Below, in pieces: positions 40,436-52,388 of a stretch of DNA of 64,000 nt. Where the stretch lies: assembly GCA_965153285.1 (NCBI GenBank), contig OZ229117.1; one strand, written 5' to 3'. Position numbers and translations under genes: made by a program. The stretch comes from Podarcis tiliguerta (taxonomy: Eukaryota). The notes under the pieces were generated by a model, which did no database searches, had not been told where the DNA came from, and was given only the letters and a program-made list of their open reading frames with translations. The first letter of the stretch is position 1, and each line of letters starts with the position of its first letter.

Positions 40436-41139
40436 CAGTGGTACCTCAGTTTTCGAACAGCTTAGTTCCCAAACAACTTGGAACTTGAACACTGCAAACG
40501 CAGAAGTCAGTGTTCTGGTTTGCAAACTTTGCTTCAGAAGCTGAACGTGGTCCTGAGCTTCCATTTTCACTGTTGCACTGCTAATTTGTGGGGGGGGGGG
40601 GCATTGTAATCAAAGCCTTTTCCCTCCCGTTTTCACTGTTGCGCTGCTAATTTGTGCCCCCCAGCCTTCCATTTCTGACTGCAGTGTTCTGTGGTGATAT
40701 TTGGAGCTTGTATTTGGTGTTTTTGTTTTTGCTATTTTTTGCATTTTTGTTTGTGTGGCTTTTTTGTTTTGTGACTGTGGCTTGTTCTTTGTTTTATGAT
40801 TGATTGATTGATTGTGTGTGCAGAAATGGATAAAAGCCCCCATCTAAACAATGACTATCATCAGTGCAGGTAATTTTAATTTTTATCATCTACTGTACTG
40901 TCTTATTTATTTTATAGTACTGTACAGTTCATTTATTGCTTTCATTTTATGGCTCAATGGTCTCATTGGATAATAAAATTCATGTTAAATTACTGTTTTA
41001 GGGGTTGTTTTTTAAAGTCTGGAACAGATTAATCAGTTTTGCATTACTTTCTATGGGAAAGCACGTCTTGGTTTTGGAACGCTTTGGTTTTGGAACAGAC
41101 GTCTGGAACAGATTAAGTTTGAGAACCAAGGTACCAATG
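40436..41139. mobile_element. Tc1/mariner (pogo/Tigger-like) non-autonomous DNA transposon
   Basis: TIRs CAGTGGTACCTCAGTTTTCGAAC / GTTTGAGAACCAAGGTACCAATG flanked by TA on both sides. Confidence 0.85.
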
Positions 41140-41277
41140 TATTCTTAAGAGGCATGCTTGCTTTCCAAAGCTTTAAAAATAGCATTTGCTCTTCAAGGAA
41201 GAGTCAGGAGGAAAACAAACTCTAATGTGGGCCAATGGCCATGCTGCAGGCCTGATCTGATCAATGAGCAGACTTGC

Positions 41278-41422
41278 CTTGCGAGGCGTCTTGATATACA
41301 AGTGGTACAGCCACTTCAGGACTGCTATCCGTGTCATCATCCCAATGGTTGAATCGTGAAGGTGACAGTCCAATACTTGGACAATTCCATCGAGGTTCAG
41401 GGTCACCTGGATTCTCTCAGTG
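41278..41422 (-). CDS. VAC14: VAC14 exon 11 (145 nt), GC donor
   Basis: [48 protein letters not shown]; donor AAG|GCAAGT. Confidence 0.94.
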
Positions 41423-42839
41423 CTGAAGGTAAAAGGAGACAGAATTAAGATCAGGCAGGAGCATGGTTTCATTCATTCACTCAATGAATTCCTATACCGC
41501 CCTTCAACATAAATAACCTCAGGGCAACTTGTACCATTTGGTTTCCCGATTGTCAATGGCATTTGCTGAATGACTTCTTCTCAATACTGCCTATATTGAG
41601 TCCATATAAAAGCAGCACACAGAAAATCACAATGCAACAGGCTCCTTGGTTCATCATTTCACCTCAATAAACACTTCCCATATACACAGCTTTCACCTTG
41701 CAAAGAGACAAAGTTTCTCTCCCATAAATCACTAAAATATTGCTCCTTTGCTTGCTTTCCTTAGCTGCCAACTGAATGAAAGCAAAGTCATTCTCCATTC
41801 CAGTAACGCTGGCAGCTATTTTCCAACAACTGCTCCCATCCTTTGTCTGTATATTGAATACTTCTTTCCATTTTGCTTCCACCATTCCATTTTGTATGCT
41901 TAAGAACAAACCCTTAAAAATCTGCGGCGACTAAAGCAACTGCCGTTGACTGAATACCAGCTTGTGGATCTGTGTGGCTGCATGTTGCTGAAAAAAATTA
42001 TTCTCTTTGGCTTTCGGAAGAAGGGAAGCAATATATTGACATTCCATCCCATTATGAAAGATACACACATAACCAAGAGGATGTAACTTATTTCCTCCCT
42101 GCTCCTGGTATTGCCCTGCATGCTGCAAACCCCCTTCTGTGATTTGTTTTGTTACTAATAATAGCTTGTGCTTATTGATTTGGTCCCAAGGGCACGTGAT
42201 GTAGCCACTTTGCAAAAGCCGCACAGGTTTGCGTCTTGTCAGTGCACGGATGTGCAGGCCACTTGGAAGCGCCATGTGCATAGTCTTGAGCTCCACAACG
42301 GAAGAACAGTGGGATGTCAATATATTACTCCAATTCCAAGGAAGTACAAAGGCTCCTGCTACTCCCAAGGGCAGATCGCGTCTCCCTTCCAAGCAGATCT
42401 GGAAGGAAGGGAAGAAAATTGGTAGCTTCACAGTTAGCAACCAATTCAATTCCATACAGAGAATGGCTGGAAGGAATGCATGCTGCCCCTTTTAGGAGGT
42501 ATTAGTAGGAACAGAGAAAAAAGCAGGTTTATATTACATCTGTAAAACATTTTTTTTATATTTTTAAAAAGTCACAGGGGATATTATGCAATCTCATTTC
42601 AATATTCCAGAAGACACAGGGAGCAAGCCCACCAGGTACTGCTGACTCTGCACCTTAATTTTACTGGGGGTTGCATGGGACCCACTGCCCTGCAAAAGCA
42701 CCGCAGAAAAGCAGCCCTTGAGCTCGCCTCCTTTCCTGGTGACAAAGCCTCCAGGATGAGAGGTGGAAGATGATTCCAAGTGCCAGTCACTGGGCAACAA
42801 AAGGGACAGGAGGGAGATGTGGCCTCCCATGTCCTGCTT

Positions 42840-43130
42840 GTGGGAAACACTTGCCTGCGAGTGCTCCAGTTGGAGAACAGCCTTTACCAAAGGTGTCATG
42901 GGCTTTGAAGACACTCCAACTCAGGATGAAAGGGAGAAACGTGCTAAGAGGAAGGCACACTTGGCAAACCATCACCATGATCAACTCCTGCCCAGAAATC
43001 TATGTCCCCACTGTGGAAGGATGTGTGGATCCAGAATTCGCTTCCACAGTCAATTATGAACTCATTGTTAAAACCGTGTTTATGGAAGACAATCTTACTC
43101 GGCTATGAGTGATCGCCAAAGAAGAAGAAG
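42840..43130 (+). mobile_element. RTE-clade LINE 3' end
   Basis: WETLACECSSWRTAFTKG...CPHCGRMCGSRIRFHSQL (degenerate C2H2-type terminus), then a (GAA)n tail. Confidence 0.8.
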
Positions 43131-44869
43131 CAGCAGCAGCTTGTGGGGTTCTCACTGAGGTGTCTGGTGGGAAAGAGGTGGCCTGGGTGGTTAGATCCAG
43201 CATCAGGCCTCCGGTGCTCTAAGGCACTTCTCTTTCTCCAGCTCTTATGCAGCCCCTTATCTGTGAGTCCACAGCTAACTGTGTTGACTGCTTGCCTCCA
43301 AATCACCACATCCACTTTTGACTCCTCGTTTTCACTGCTCCTTCTCCAAGAATTTTCCCTTCCTCCTGACCATTCTCAGCATATTGATCAACTATCGTTT
43401 GTAACTATTGTAGTTAAAAGTTGTGATGCTGTTATTGTTAAAAGTCAAATCTATAATTACTTCATATAAACCTGTATGTGGAATACAATGCACGAACAGA
43501 ACGTTATGTATGGATCGCTTTCCCCACAAAAGCCTACTTGTGCCCCAAGGTTACCCTCAGGGAGGAACTTTGAGTGCCCCCATTTCCCCAAAGCAGCAAG
43601 TAACCACCAGGAGAAAGGTCCGTCACAGTGCCAATGCCTTGCCCTGGCACCTATGCTCAATATCCTGTCAGCACTGAGCAAAGAAAAGTTTTACTCTTCC
43701 AGCCATGAGTTCCATTCCCAAGGCTTGGCCCTTGTGCTGCTCTGCCATCTCCTGGTCTAGACTGTTTTATTGTAACATAACATTTCTTAAAAAATGAATA
43801 CATACAGTTCTGGTTGTTGCCTCATCTAAAAAAGGGCACCTGAGAGCTGGAAAAGGAGTATGTGGTGGGGGGAGGTTGGGTTGAGAACTTTCCCTGCAAG
43901 GCAAACTGCAAAACTAAGATGACCGGGGGGGGGGGGGGGAGAGAAGGGAGACTTGAGGAGCTGCAGAATTATGCATGCTGCAGCACAGCCTTTGCCAACC
44001 TGGTGCCCTCCATGTGTTTTGGACTACAACTCCCATCAGCCCCAGCAACCTTACAGATATGCTAGCTTCCAGGTATACAAGAAACCCAAGGCTGCTGAGA
44101 GGGCACACTCAGGTTCCATGCTTCCTTTATATACACAAACAGACTGTCATGGCCTGTTCATTTTATGGGGTGAAGGCAAGCTAACTGTCTGGGGCAAATG
44201 CCACTCAATTATCACCTCCTCTGCTTCAGCAAAGTTTTTATCCCACAGGATTCAGCTGCTTTGCTCTTTCTGCCCAGTGGACAATGCCCATCCCAAATGC
44301 CCGGAAGGGATCCTGCAAAACTGCTGAGTGCCCAAAGGCAGAACACCTGCCGCTCACCAGCTTCTGCTGCCATTTGAAATCAGATGTTTTGCACAAACTC
44401 AAATACTGCCCCTAGAGACAGCCAAAAGCAAGTTTCATAGCTATTCACAGAATTCAAGTCTAAACAGCGTTTGGGTTTGTAAGCTACACTTTGTGGGTTA
44501 GAAGGAGGTGGTTTACTATCCCAAGCACAGGTGTGCTCTGACCCACATCATCTCACTGTGGGGGGAATGCATGCAGAAACATGCTCGCTTCATCTGCATG
44601 CACCCCCCCCCCCAGTTCCTAGCAGGAAAGAACCTCACATCATTGAGAGGTGCCTCATAGTTCACCAGCTGCTCTGAATTCCTTCTAAGCAGCATCCTCT
44701 GCCACCAAAGCCCATGCAGTACTCTGTAAACCATGGTTTGCAGCAACTCAATGGCACTATCCAGTCCAGCGCAAGATCCAAGCATAGGAATGCACAGCAG
44801 AATCTCCCCCTCTGTAAAATGCTACAGAGGATCCCCCAGTTTCATTAACAAGAGGCAGTTGTTTTTTAC

Positions 44870-44930
44870 CTGGCTGGTATAAAGACACTGGTGTTGCTGA
44901 AATTGGAATCGCCGGAGGCATCCAGGCAGC
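44870..44930 (-). CDS. VAC14: VAC14 exon 10 (61 nt)
   Basis: GCLDASGDSNFSNTSVFIPAS; CCCTGCAG acceptor, AG|GTAAAA donor; phases match exons 9 and 11. Confidence 0.88.
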
Positions 44931-45641
44931 CTGCAGGGAGACAGGTGTCAGTTAGCTTGAACATGGCACAACACTGTCAGAGGAACACAAAGGGCTGGCA
45001 CTTGCAAGGACTGCTCCCCAAACAAAATAGTGATGTGGCCCCAGGTAAGAATGTTCTGAAAACATCAAGACAGTGAGGTAGTCAGGTCTGTAGATAACAT
45101 TCAGGATGATGAAAAACAAGCAGCCTCGTTGCTGAGGTCCATGGGGTAGCTGACACTCTGAGCAACTGCCTAAACCTGGCTTCATTTCCAACTGACCCTG
45201 CCCTCACCGGGAACCTGATCAACACTTGGTGTTTGCTTCTCTCTCGAGGACAGCATCCTCCACCCTTTTTTACACACAGAACTGCTTGAGAACAATGCCT
45301 TTTAAAACCCAGCCAATATAAGACAGGCTAAGTGACTGGAGATACAATTTTCCCACTATGGAGTGATTGGGTGGCCTTGGAACACAGTCTCTTGATTGCC
45401 TCATCTTTTCCCAGTCATTCCGTGGTGAGAAACTTGTACTGTTCTATCTCCACTTGTTTAGCACATTATCCTGCCACTCCCCATGCCTCGTATTTTTCTC
45501 AGGTAACCCCTTCTCTCTAGCCCGACAGAAAGCACATTGCAATACTCCAAAGTCCAGGTCATGAGAGCAGGGATAAGTATCTGTACAAAAAGCCAGACAG
45601 AAAGACAGTTTGCTTGGAGGGGGGGAGGGATAAGGACTTAC

Positions 45642-45800
45642 CGCCCGAGGTCACCTCCTGCTTGGAAAGAGATTCATCCTGATCACCCTCCATTATCTGG
45701 GGGGCTGTTGTGGGCTGCTTGGTCTCATCAACCTCATCATCTTCCGGAATAACCAGCTTCATGAGGCTCTGGTTGCACACATTGGCCACCTCTTTGATGC
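45642..45800 (-). CDS. VAC14: VAC14 exon 9 (159 nt)
   Basis: [52 protein letters not shown]; G|GTAAGT donor. Confidence 0.94.
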
Positions 45801-46791
45801 CTGCACCCCATGGATGTAAGGAACATTCATTCCCAAGTCATGTTCCCAATCACCATTGTAGAAGGCTCATACAGAACAGACCCTTGGCAAGAGTCTAGCC
45901 TCAAGATCTTTCACAGGGGCCCATAGGCACTAGAACCACAGACAGGGGAGAGGGAGGGGGTGCTGGGCCAAGCCAGAAGGGGCCCATCAAGTCCAGCATC
46001 TTGTTCTGGCCATGGCCAACAAGATGCCTCACTGGGAACCCCACAAGCAGGACCTGAGCACAAGAGCATCTTTCCCTACTTGAGATTCCTAGCAGCTTGT
46101 ATTCAGAGGCACACTGCCCCTGACGGTGAAGGAAGAACATTGCCATCGTGGCTGGTAGGCACTGATAGCCTACTCCATGAATTTGTCTGGTCTTCTTTTA
46201 AAGCCATCCAAGTTGGTGGCTATCACTATTTATTTTAGGAGTGAGTTCCATAGCCTTTTAAGTGCTAGAAAACTGGTTTCAATCTGATATTTTTAGGCTG
46301 GCAAAGGTTGCATCAGATATCAGATTTGGCACATGTTTAGAGAACATTACAGAACAAACCCTCTATAAGAAAAAAATAGGGAAGATTCTCAACTCATGGG
46401 CCAAAAGGAATACTGAAGTATGTTTGATTCCTTCTCATGGCCCAGCCTGAGCGATGCTACATCTTTCAGTAAAGATACCCACAAAAGGGGTGTCCACGTG
46501 AAAATGGCTCTTCTACTGAAGCCAACCCTTTGCTTAAGCATCCCAGGGAAAGCAATTGTGGGGCTGCTCTGATGTCAAGGAAAGCACAGAAAGCAGAGCT
46601 GCTTACGGGGCTGCCCCCCAGTCCTTTTCATGATCCACAGGCTCACAAGGAAGCTGCAGCAGCAAAATCCTCCAACGGCATAAACCAGGGCTGTTGACTT
46701 AGCCTGACCCTCCTCCCTCCTTTCTGCCAGATGCTGGTGGACATTTCTGAAGGAAGGGATGGGAGGAGGACAGCCGCTGCTGCAAGGATAC
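45801..46791 (-). other. VAC14: U12-type (minor spliceosome) GT-AG intron 8 of VAC14
   Basis: 5' splice site GTATCCTT; branch-point-like TTCCTTAC at 45816-45823 close to the AG; no polypyrimidine tract. Confidence 0.9.
45975..46252 (-). mobile_element. CR1 3' end inside the U12 intron
   Basis: Reverse complement resembles the 17170-17470 CR1 3' region. Confidence 0.75.
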
Positions 46792-46926
46792 TCTTCTTCC
46801 GGTCATCATAGGACAGGCACGGCAGGACAGCTGTCAGGATCCCCGAGGAATATGGCAGCATCACCCGGCCAGCCAGCTGGATGAATTCGCGCATCCAGCA
46901 CATGGCAGTCAACTGGATTAGGTCAT
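46792..46926 (-). CDS. VAC14: VAC14 exon 8 (135 nt), followed by a U12-type donor
   Basis: [44 protein letters not shown]; donor A|GTATCCTTG. Confidence 0.96.
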
Positions 46927-47185
46927 CTGCAGTCAAAGTGATCAGGAAACAAAAAGGTGGTTTAGCAGACTGTCTGGAAAGGGGTGGGTGAGGTACCTCT
47001 CTTTCCCCAGGAAGCCTTCCCTCCTCTTCCCTCCATCACTGCTGAACAGTGCTGCTTCTGTTCTGCTCCTGTGCTTTGTTTGCCTTGTGGTTTAATTTTA
47101 ATAGTATTTGTTTCAGTTGTGATGGTTCTGGAACACACCCAAGGATCGTACGGTGAAGGGTGGGCTGGAAATACAAATAACTTAC

Positions 47186-47292
47186 CAGAAGCCTGGCAGT
47201 GAATCACCAAGATGTTGGCCATCTCAGCAAACTTGACACTGGAAGGGTTTTTCTTGATCTCTTTCAAAAATTCACCAAGGGCCACTTCACAC
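47186..47292 (-). CDS. VAC14: VAC14 exon 7 (107 nt)
   Basis: [35 protein letters not shown]; G|GTAAGT donor. Confidence 0.96.
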
Positions 47293-47494
47293 CTATTTGC
47301 AAGGGGGGAAAGGCAGGGGGTTTAGAAATAGGTCTTCTGCTATAGGGGAAAAAAACATGAAAAGGTGTAAAGGGAAGCAGATGCCCCTTTCTGTTCACTC
47401 TTTCTCCTCACACAGACACGAGGACAGGAGTCTGCTTGCTGGGCATCCAGCACAGGTTCCAGCCTAGAAACTTTGCTTTCTACCAAGACACTTG

Positions 47495-47640
47495 AACATA
47501 GAGCCCTGAAGCTGGATCACACCGAGATGGGCCCATCTCACCCAGCATCCTATTCTTCAAGTGGCCGAGCAGACTTCCCTGTGGGAAACCCTTGAGCAGG
47601 ACACACAAGGCAACAGCCCCCTCCTCTCACCCAAAGCTGC
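47495..47640 (-). mobile_element. CR1-like 3' terminal fragment
   Basis: GCTGGATCA...GGCCCATCT..CCAGCATCCT similar to the CR1 3' UTR copies above. Confidence 0.6.
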
Positions 47641-47782
47641 TACTTTCTGTTTAAGAGTGTCAACTGGGTTGAAGCCGAAGGAAATGGTGATGCAACTAAT
47701 GGAGCACTGCCCTGGAAACAAGGGGGCAAAGCCTGTGTATCAACAGCCAAGCAGTTATCCCCAGACCCAGCTCAGCACTCAC

Positions 47783-47892
47783 ATTTTACGTATCTCCTTG
47801 CCGTTGTCACCCAGGATCTGGAAGAGGCCATCTAGAATCTCTGGCAGGTAATCCAGAAGGTTGATATCTGGAACTGACTCCAGAACCAAGAT
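47783..47892 (-). CDS. VAC14: VAC14 exon 6 (110 nt)
   Basis: [37 protein letters not shown]; AT|GTGAGT donor. Confidence 0.96.
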
Positions 47893-48382
47893 CTAATTCA
47901 AGGGGAAAAGACAAACAAAAGGAAGATGATACAGAAGCACAGTGGCAAGTAGTAGCATGTGTCTCTTTAGACCTAAACTGGATTTGCCACAAGATGTCAA
48001 GTGGTGCTTTTCGGGTCCTAGAAGCAGCTTGCATAATGGGAGAGGAGGAAGGGGACAGAGAGTGGGGGTAACACCATTACAGGGGCAACCTTCAGCCAGC
48101 CCAGTCTGGCCTTTAGCAAGTGAGTTTCTAAAGGATATGGGTTGTGTTCTGGAAAATTAGATTATGTGCCAGTGGCGGACCTACATTTTGGGGGCCCTGA
48201 AGATTGAACTGTCATGGGAGCAACCAGAAACAAGATCTAGGTAGCCACTGTTATCTTCTTCAATGGGGTTGTTCCCATGACAGATCCCCACACATTCACA
48301 TCTGTGCTACTGACTCTCAAACTACGGGATTGTTGAAATATATACAATAAAGCTCAACTCAAATTGGGTCTACTAGGAGCTA

Positions 48383-48725
48383 GGGATGCGGGTGGTGCTG
48401 TGGTCGGCGGTTCGAATCAGCGCAACAGGGTGAGTTCCTGTTGCTTTGTCCCAGCTTCTGCCAACCTAGCAGTTTGAAGCACATCAGTGCAAGTAGATAA
48501 ATAGGTACCGCTGCGGTGGGAAGGTAAATGGCATTTCTATGAGCTCTGGCTTTCATCACAGTGTTCTGTTGTGCCAGAGGCGGTTTGGTCATGCTGGCCA
48601 CATGACCCAGTAAGCTGTCTGTGGACAAATGCTGGCTCCCTTGGCCTGAAAAGTGAGATGAGTGCTGCACCCCATAGTCACCTTTGACTGGACTTAACTG
48701 TCCAGTGGCCCTTTACCTTACCTTA
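48383..48725 (+). mobile_element. Sauria SINE
   Basis: tRNA-like head with box B (GGTTCGAATC), body CCCAGCTTCTGCCAACCTAGCAGTTTGAA...AATAGGTACCGCT, tail CCTTTACCTTACCTT. Confidence 0.88.
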
Positions 48726-49487
48726 CTGCTAGAACTAAAAAATTTAAGCAGTGTGGACTAAATTCACTTTTGTGGCCCCTCCAGGATTAAGGGCACTGCA
48801 TCTTAAGCTTCATTTATTTAATAGTAGATCTCCCTGTTATGTACATTCACTCAAAAGAAACAAGACCCAAAAAGTCTTTGAGACACGTGGAAGATTTGCC
48901 TCACTAATCATTTAAATTTTTAGCCAGCTCCAGGTTAAAATATGCTCCCCAAAGTATTTGAGTCTGACAAGGTGGAAATCAGCCTTTGCCACTCTGAAAG
49001 GTCATTTTAGGCCACTAAGAGGCACCTCACAAAGAAGAGAGCTGGTGCCTTCAGCACCAGCAAGTCTTCACTGGTAAGGAATTCTACACCTGTAGAAAGT
49101 CTCTCAAAGGCCCTTTTCACGCAGCCAGGTCAGAGCAAGGGACTCCCTTCTACTAAACCTGCAACAGGGCTTGGAAGGAAGGTATCAGGAAGTCAGCAGC
49201 TACTGGTGACAAACTGCAAACAATTGCCAAGGAGAAACAAGAAAGGTCTTTCCACAAAGGAACTATGCATCATCTGTTACCAGCAGTTTCTAACAGAGCC
49301 ATCAAGAGCAACAATATACACAGCAGCTCCAGCTGCTTCCCAAGCAGGTAACACGCACCCCTATGCTGCTGTTTATACCACCATCCATTCCAAAGTATCA
49401 GAAAACACTGAGCTGACAGTTATAAAACACACTGCTCACTTGAGATGCCAGAGAAACAAATCCCAGCATCAGACCAAAAACACTTAC

Positions 49488-49595
49488 CCAGGAAATGATA
49501 AACTGTCGAGCATACTGGTTGTTGGAGTAGATTCTCTCACGCAGCAGTGGAATGAAGCTCACCAGATCAAAGTTGTTGCTCTCAGTCACAATGTC
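49488..49595 (-). CDS. VAC14: VAC14 exon 5 (108 nt)
   Basis: [36 protein letters not shown]; TGG|GTAAGT donor. Confidence 0.97.
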
Positions 49596-51638
49596 CTAGA
49601 AAGTCAGAGCCAATGAGCATGAGAATGAGCCTTGACTCCCTTCCTATCAGTGCTTGAACCCTACACAAAGTCCAGGACCTCTACCACTCTAGAAAGGAAA
49701 GAGAGCCTTCCAGCCATGCATAAGCTTGGAGTCTTCACCAGCCAGGAGTCTTCCAGATGTTCCGGACAACTCCCATTGGTCACAGCCAGCACAGCTGTTG
49801 GGAGCTAGAGTCCAAAATATCTGGAAGATGTCAGGTGTGCCAAAGGCTGCATTAGCTCCAGACCAACTGTCTGAATCCAAGACATTGTGGTGCTTGAAGG
49901 TCCAGCCTTTTCCTAACAGAGATGTGAGATGCTGTCCTACAATCTGCTTCATATGCTTGCTGAACACACCATGATTGCCAACACTTGCCTTTATATTCCA
50001 GTGTAAATGTATGACTTCTCAGCATTTGTAAGAGGATGATCCCTGAACATCCCCCATTTCCAAGCATTCTGCAGAGATTTAATGTCCTTAATTTTCCTTT
50101 TGAACTAATTTCCTTCTTATTGAAAAAAATCCATTTTCCAAAATCCATGCAACTACAGTTAACTTAGTTGGCAAATCTCCAGTCACCTTCATACGTATAC
50201 AAATGTGAAACATTGCCAACTAAATTAAACATAGTCCCATCTGGTTTCAAAAGAGGAATCCATAAGCACATAAACACACTTGGTAACGTTGTGTTCTCGA
50301 CCAGTCAACAACATTTGTATCAGGGGCATAGGTCCTGGGGTTAATTATTAAAACCAGCATTAAGTTCCTGGTTGCTGCACTCTTGGAGGCTCCATGACCA
50401 GAACCTTTCTAAGGCACAGCAGCTTAGTAAACCTAGAACTTCAGGTAATTTACTGTGTTCCAAACATGTTTTTACTCTGTTGATGTGAATGTGGTTAAAA
50501 TCATGCTCATTACAACACTCTTCCCACACTTCTTTCTCCATTTCCAGTTGATCCTCAGAGTTCTGGTCATGAGGGCAATGCCCTCCGTGCTAAATTAGTT
50601 TTCATGTTTGGTATTATGACCAACAGGGATTCTGTGGAAGAGCTGGTTCCTCTTTCATTTTCTAGTTTTTTGGACTCTATGCCTTCTTTCTCATACAGAG
50701 AACAATCACGCACTGTCCAGTTTCTATAGAGGTTGTGAAGGACCAAATCTTCACAATCTTTTATTTTTTAAAAATCCTGTTTGTTTCCCTTGTCCTAGAC
50801 CAAAGCCTCACACCATTTTAAATATCTGCTCTTTGTTCTCTGGGGTGCTTGAGAAGTCCTCTGGTGGCTCAGCCAGATGCCCAGGCAAATGCCAAAGCTG
50901 CTTCAGAGGTTTTACTGTATAGCTTCCCCCCCCCCTTTCCTAGGAAACTCAGATACTCTGTTTCTTCTGGAAGAGGAAGCTCGCTTTCATGTAATTCTGC
51001 TTGCTCTTCAGGGAACAACCAATCTCAGAGGACAGTGGGAACAAGGAAGGTGACCTTGGATCTCTAAAGAAGAAGGCTGGTCAGCAGCATCCGCCTTGCC
51101 TCTAGAACAAGATGGCTTGTTTCTTAGCAGTCTAGGATGCAGTGCCAGTAGCTAGAGCATCCAGCCAGAGGTGCATTATGCATGCTCAGTTTGCTTTATG
51201 AACTTGGTTTCGGTTTCCCATCTTTCCCATAAATTTCTGATTCCCTTAGAAAAATTAACAGAAGTGTTTGTCTGTGGGAGTTGGGTCCACATTCCAGTGT
51301 ACTTAGTTCCAACACAGTCTCCAGCCTTCTCAGGTGCTTCATATAAAGCATGAATGGCAGGGCTACTGAGAACATGATCTGTCTCCTGGCCTGGGACCCT
51401 GGCAGACACCCAAACTCACCACTTTCTGCAAAATTACTTTTCATATTACTCATCACTTCTATCACACCCAGAAGAAAATTCTCACTTTTTTAGCACCTTT
51501 CTATATCTAAAACTTGAAAACCAGGATAGCAGATTCTACATGAGATCGCAAACAAGACTAATGCAGGAAATATGCATCCGTCCACCTGTAACCTATCCCC
51601 AGCACGTCATGAGCTGCTGTCAGCAGGAAGGACTGTAC

Positions 51639-51701
51639 CTTCAGAAGCCGGTCCAGGAGTTCAGATCCACTTTTGACATTTGGGTCTGGATCTGCAGCAA
51701 G
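51639..51701 (-). CDS. VAC14: VAC14 exon 4 (63 nt)
   Basis: [21 protein letters not shown]; TTTTCTTAG acceptor, AAG|GTACAG donor. Confidence 0.96.
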
Positions 51702-52220
51702 CTAAGAAAAACAGAGAGAGTATGTGGTGTGGCTGAGCTGTGTGCATAAGACACTAGTAGTGACTTGACCAAGAGACAACTATTTTCTGTTGGCTATTGA
51801 CTCCCAGCAATGGGGCAGGGACACCACCTCCTGTCTGACAATAAACTGAGCTCCAGAAATGCCCAGAAAGTGTGCAAAGCCAGAGGCAAGCCCCCACCCA
51901 CAGGTGCACACCACCATCCGAGCTATGGTTGCCGTGAGCGATCTGGAAAGCACATTCATGGACCCCTGGACCAGACTCTCTGCCAGGTTCCCAGAGCTCT
52001 TCTGCAGACATGTTAGTATTAGGAGGATGAACTGAAGGCAACAATGTAGGAGAACATTTTCCTCTAGGGGATGTTTATGGAGATCCTCAGTGCCATATCT
52101 CAGCCCCAGTTGTCCAGAATCAGCTCCCACACCTCCAAAGAGCCCCAGAGCAGGAATATACAGGACATCAGAGACCTTACATGTGTGAGACATTATTGGC
52201 CTGTCAAGAAAACCCATTAC

Positions 52221-52388
52221 CTTGCTCAAGCCATCAAACAGCACTTTGAAGTGGGGGAGTACAGAGCCTCTGGCCACCTTCACAATGTTGTACAGGGCCT
52301 CACAGGCGTAGTACCGCAAGCGGCTGTCAGCATCATTGAAGCATGTCAGCACAGGCTCAATGAGCTCCTTCAAGTACAGCCCAGAGTC
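52221..52388 (-). CDS. VAC14: VAC14 exon 3 (168 nt)
   Basis: [56 protein letters not shown]; AG/GT boundaries. Confidence 0.97.
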
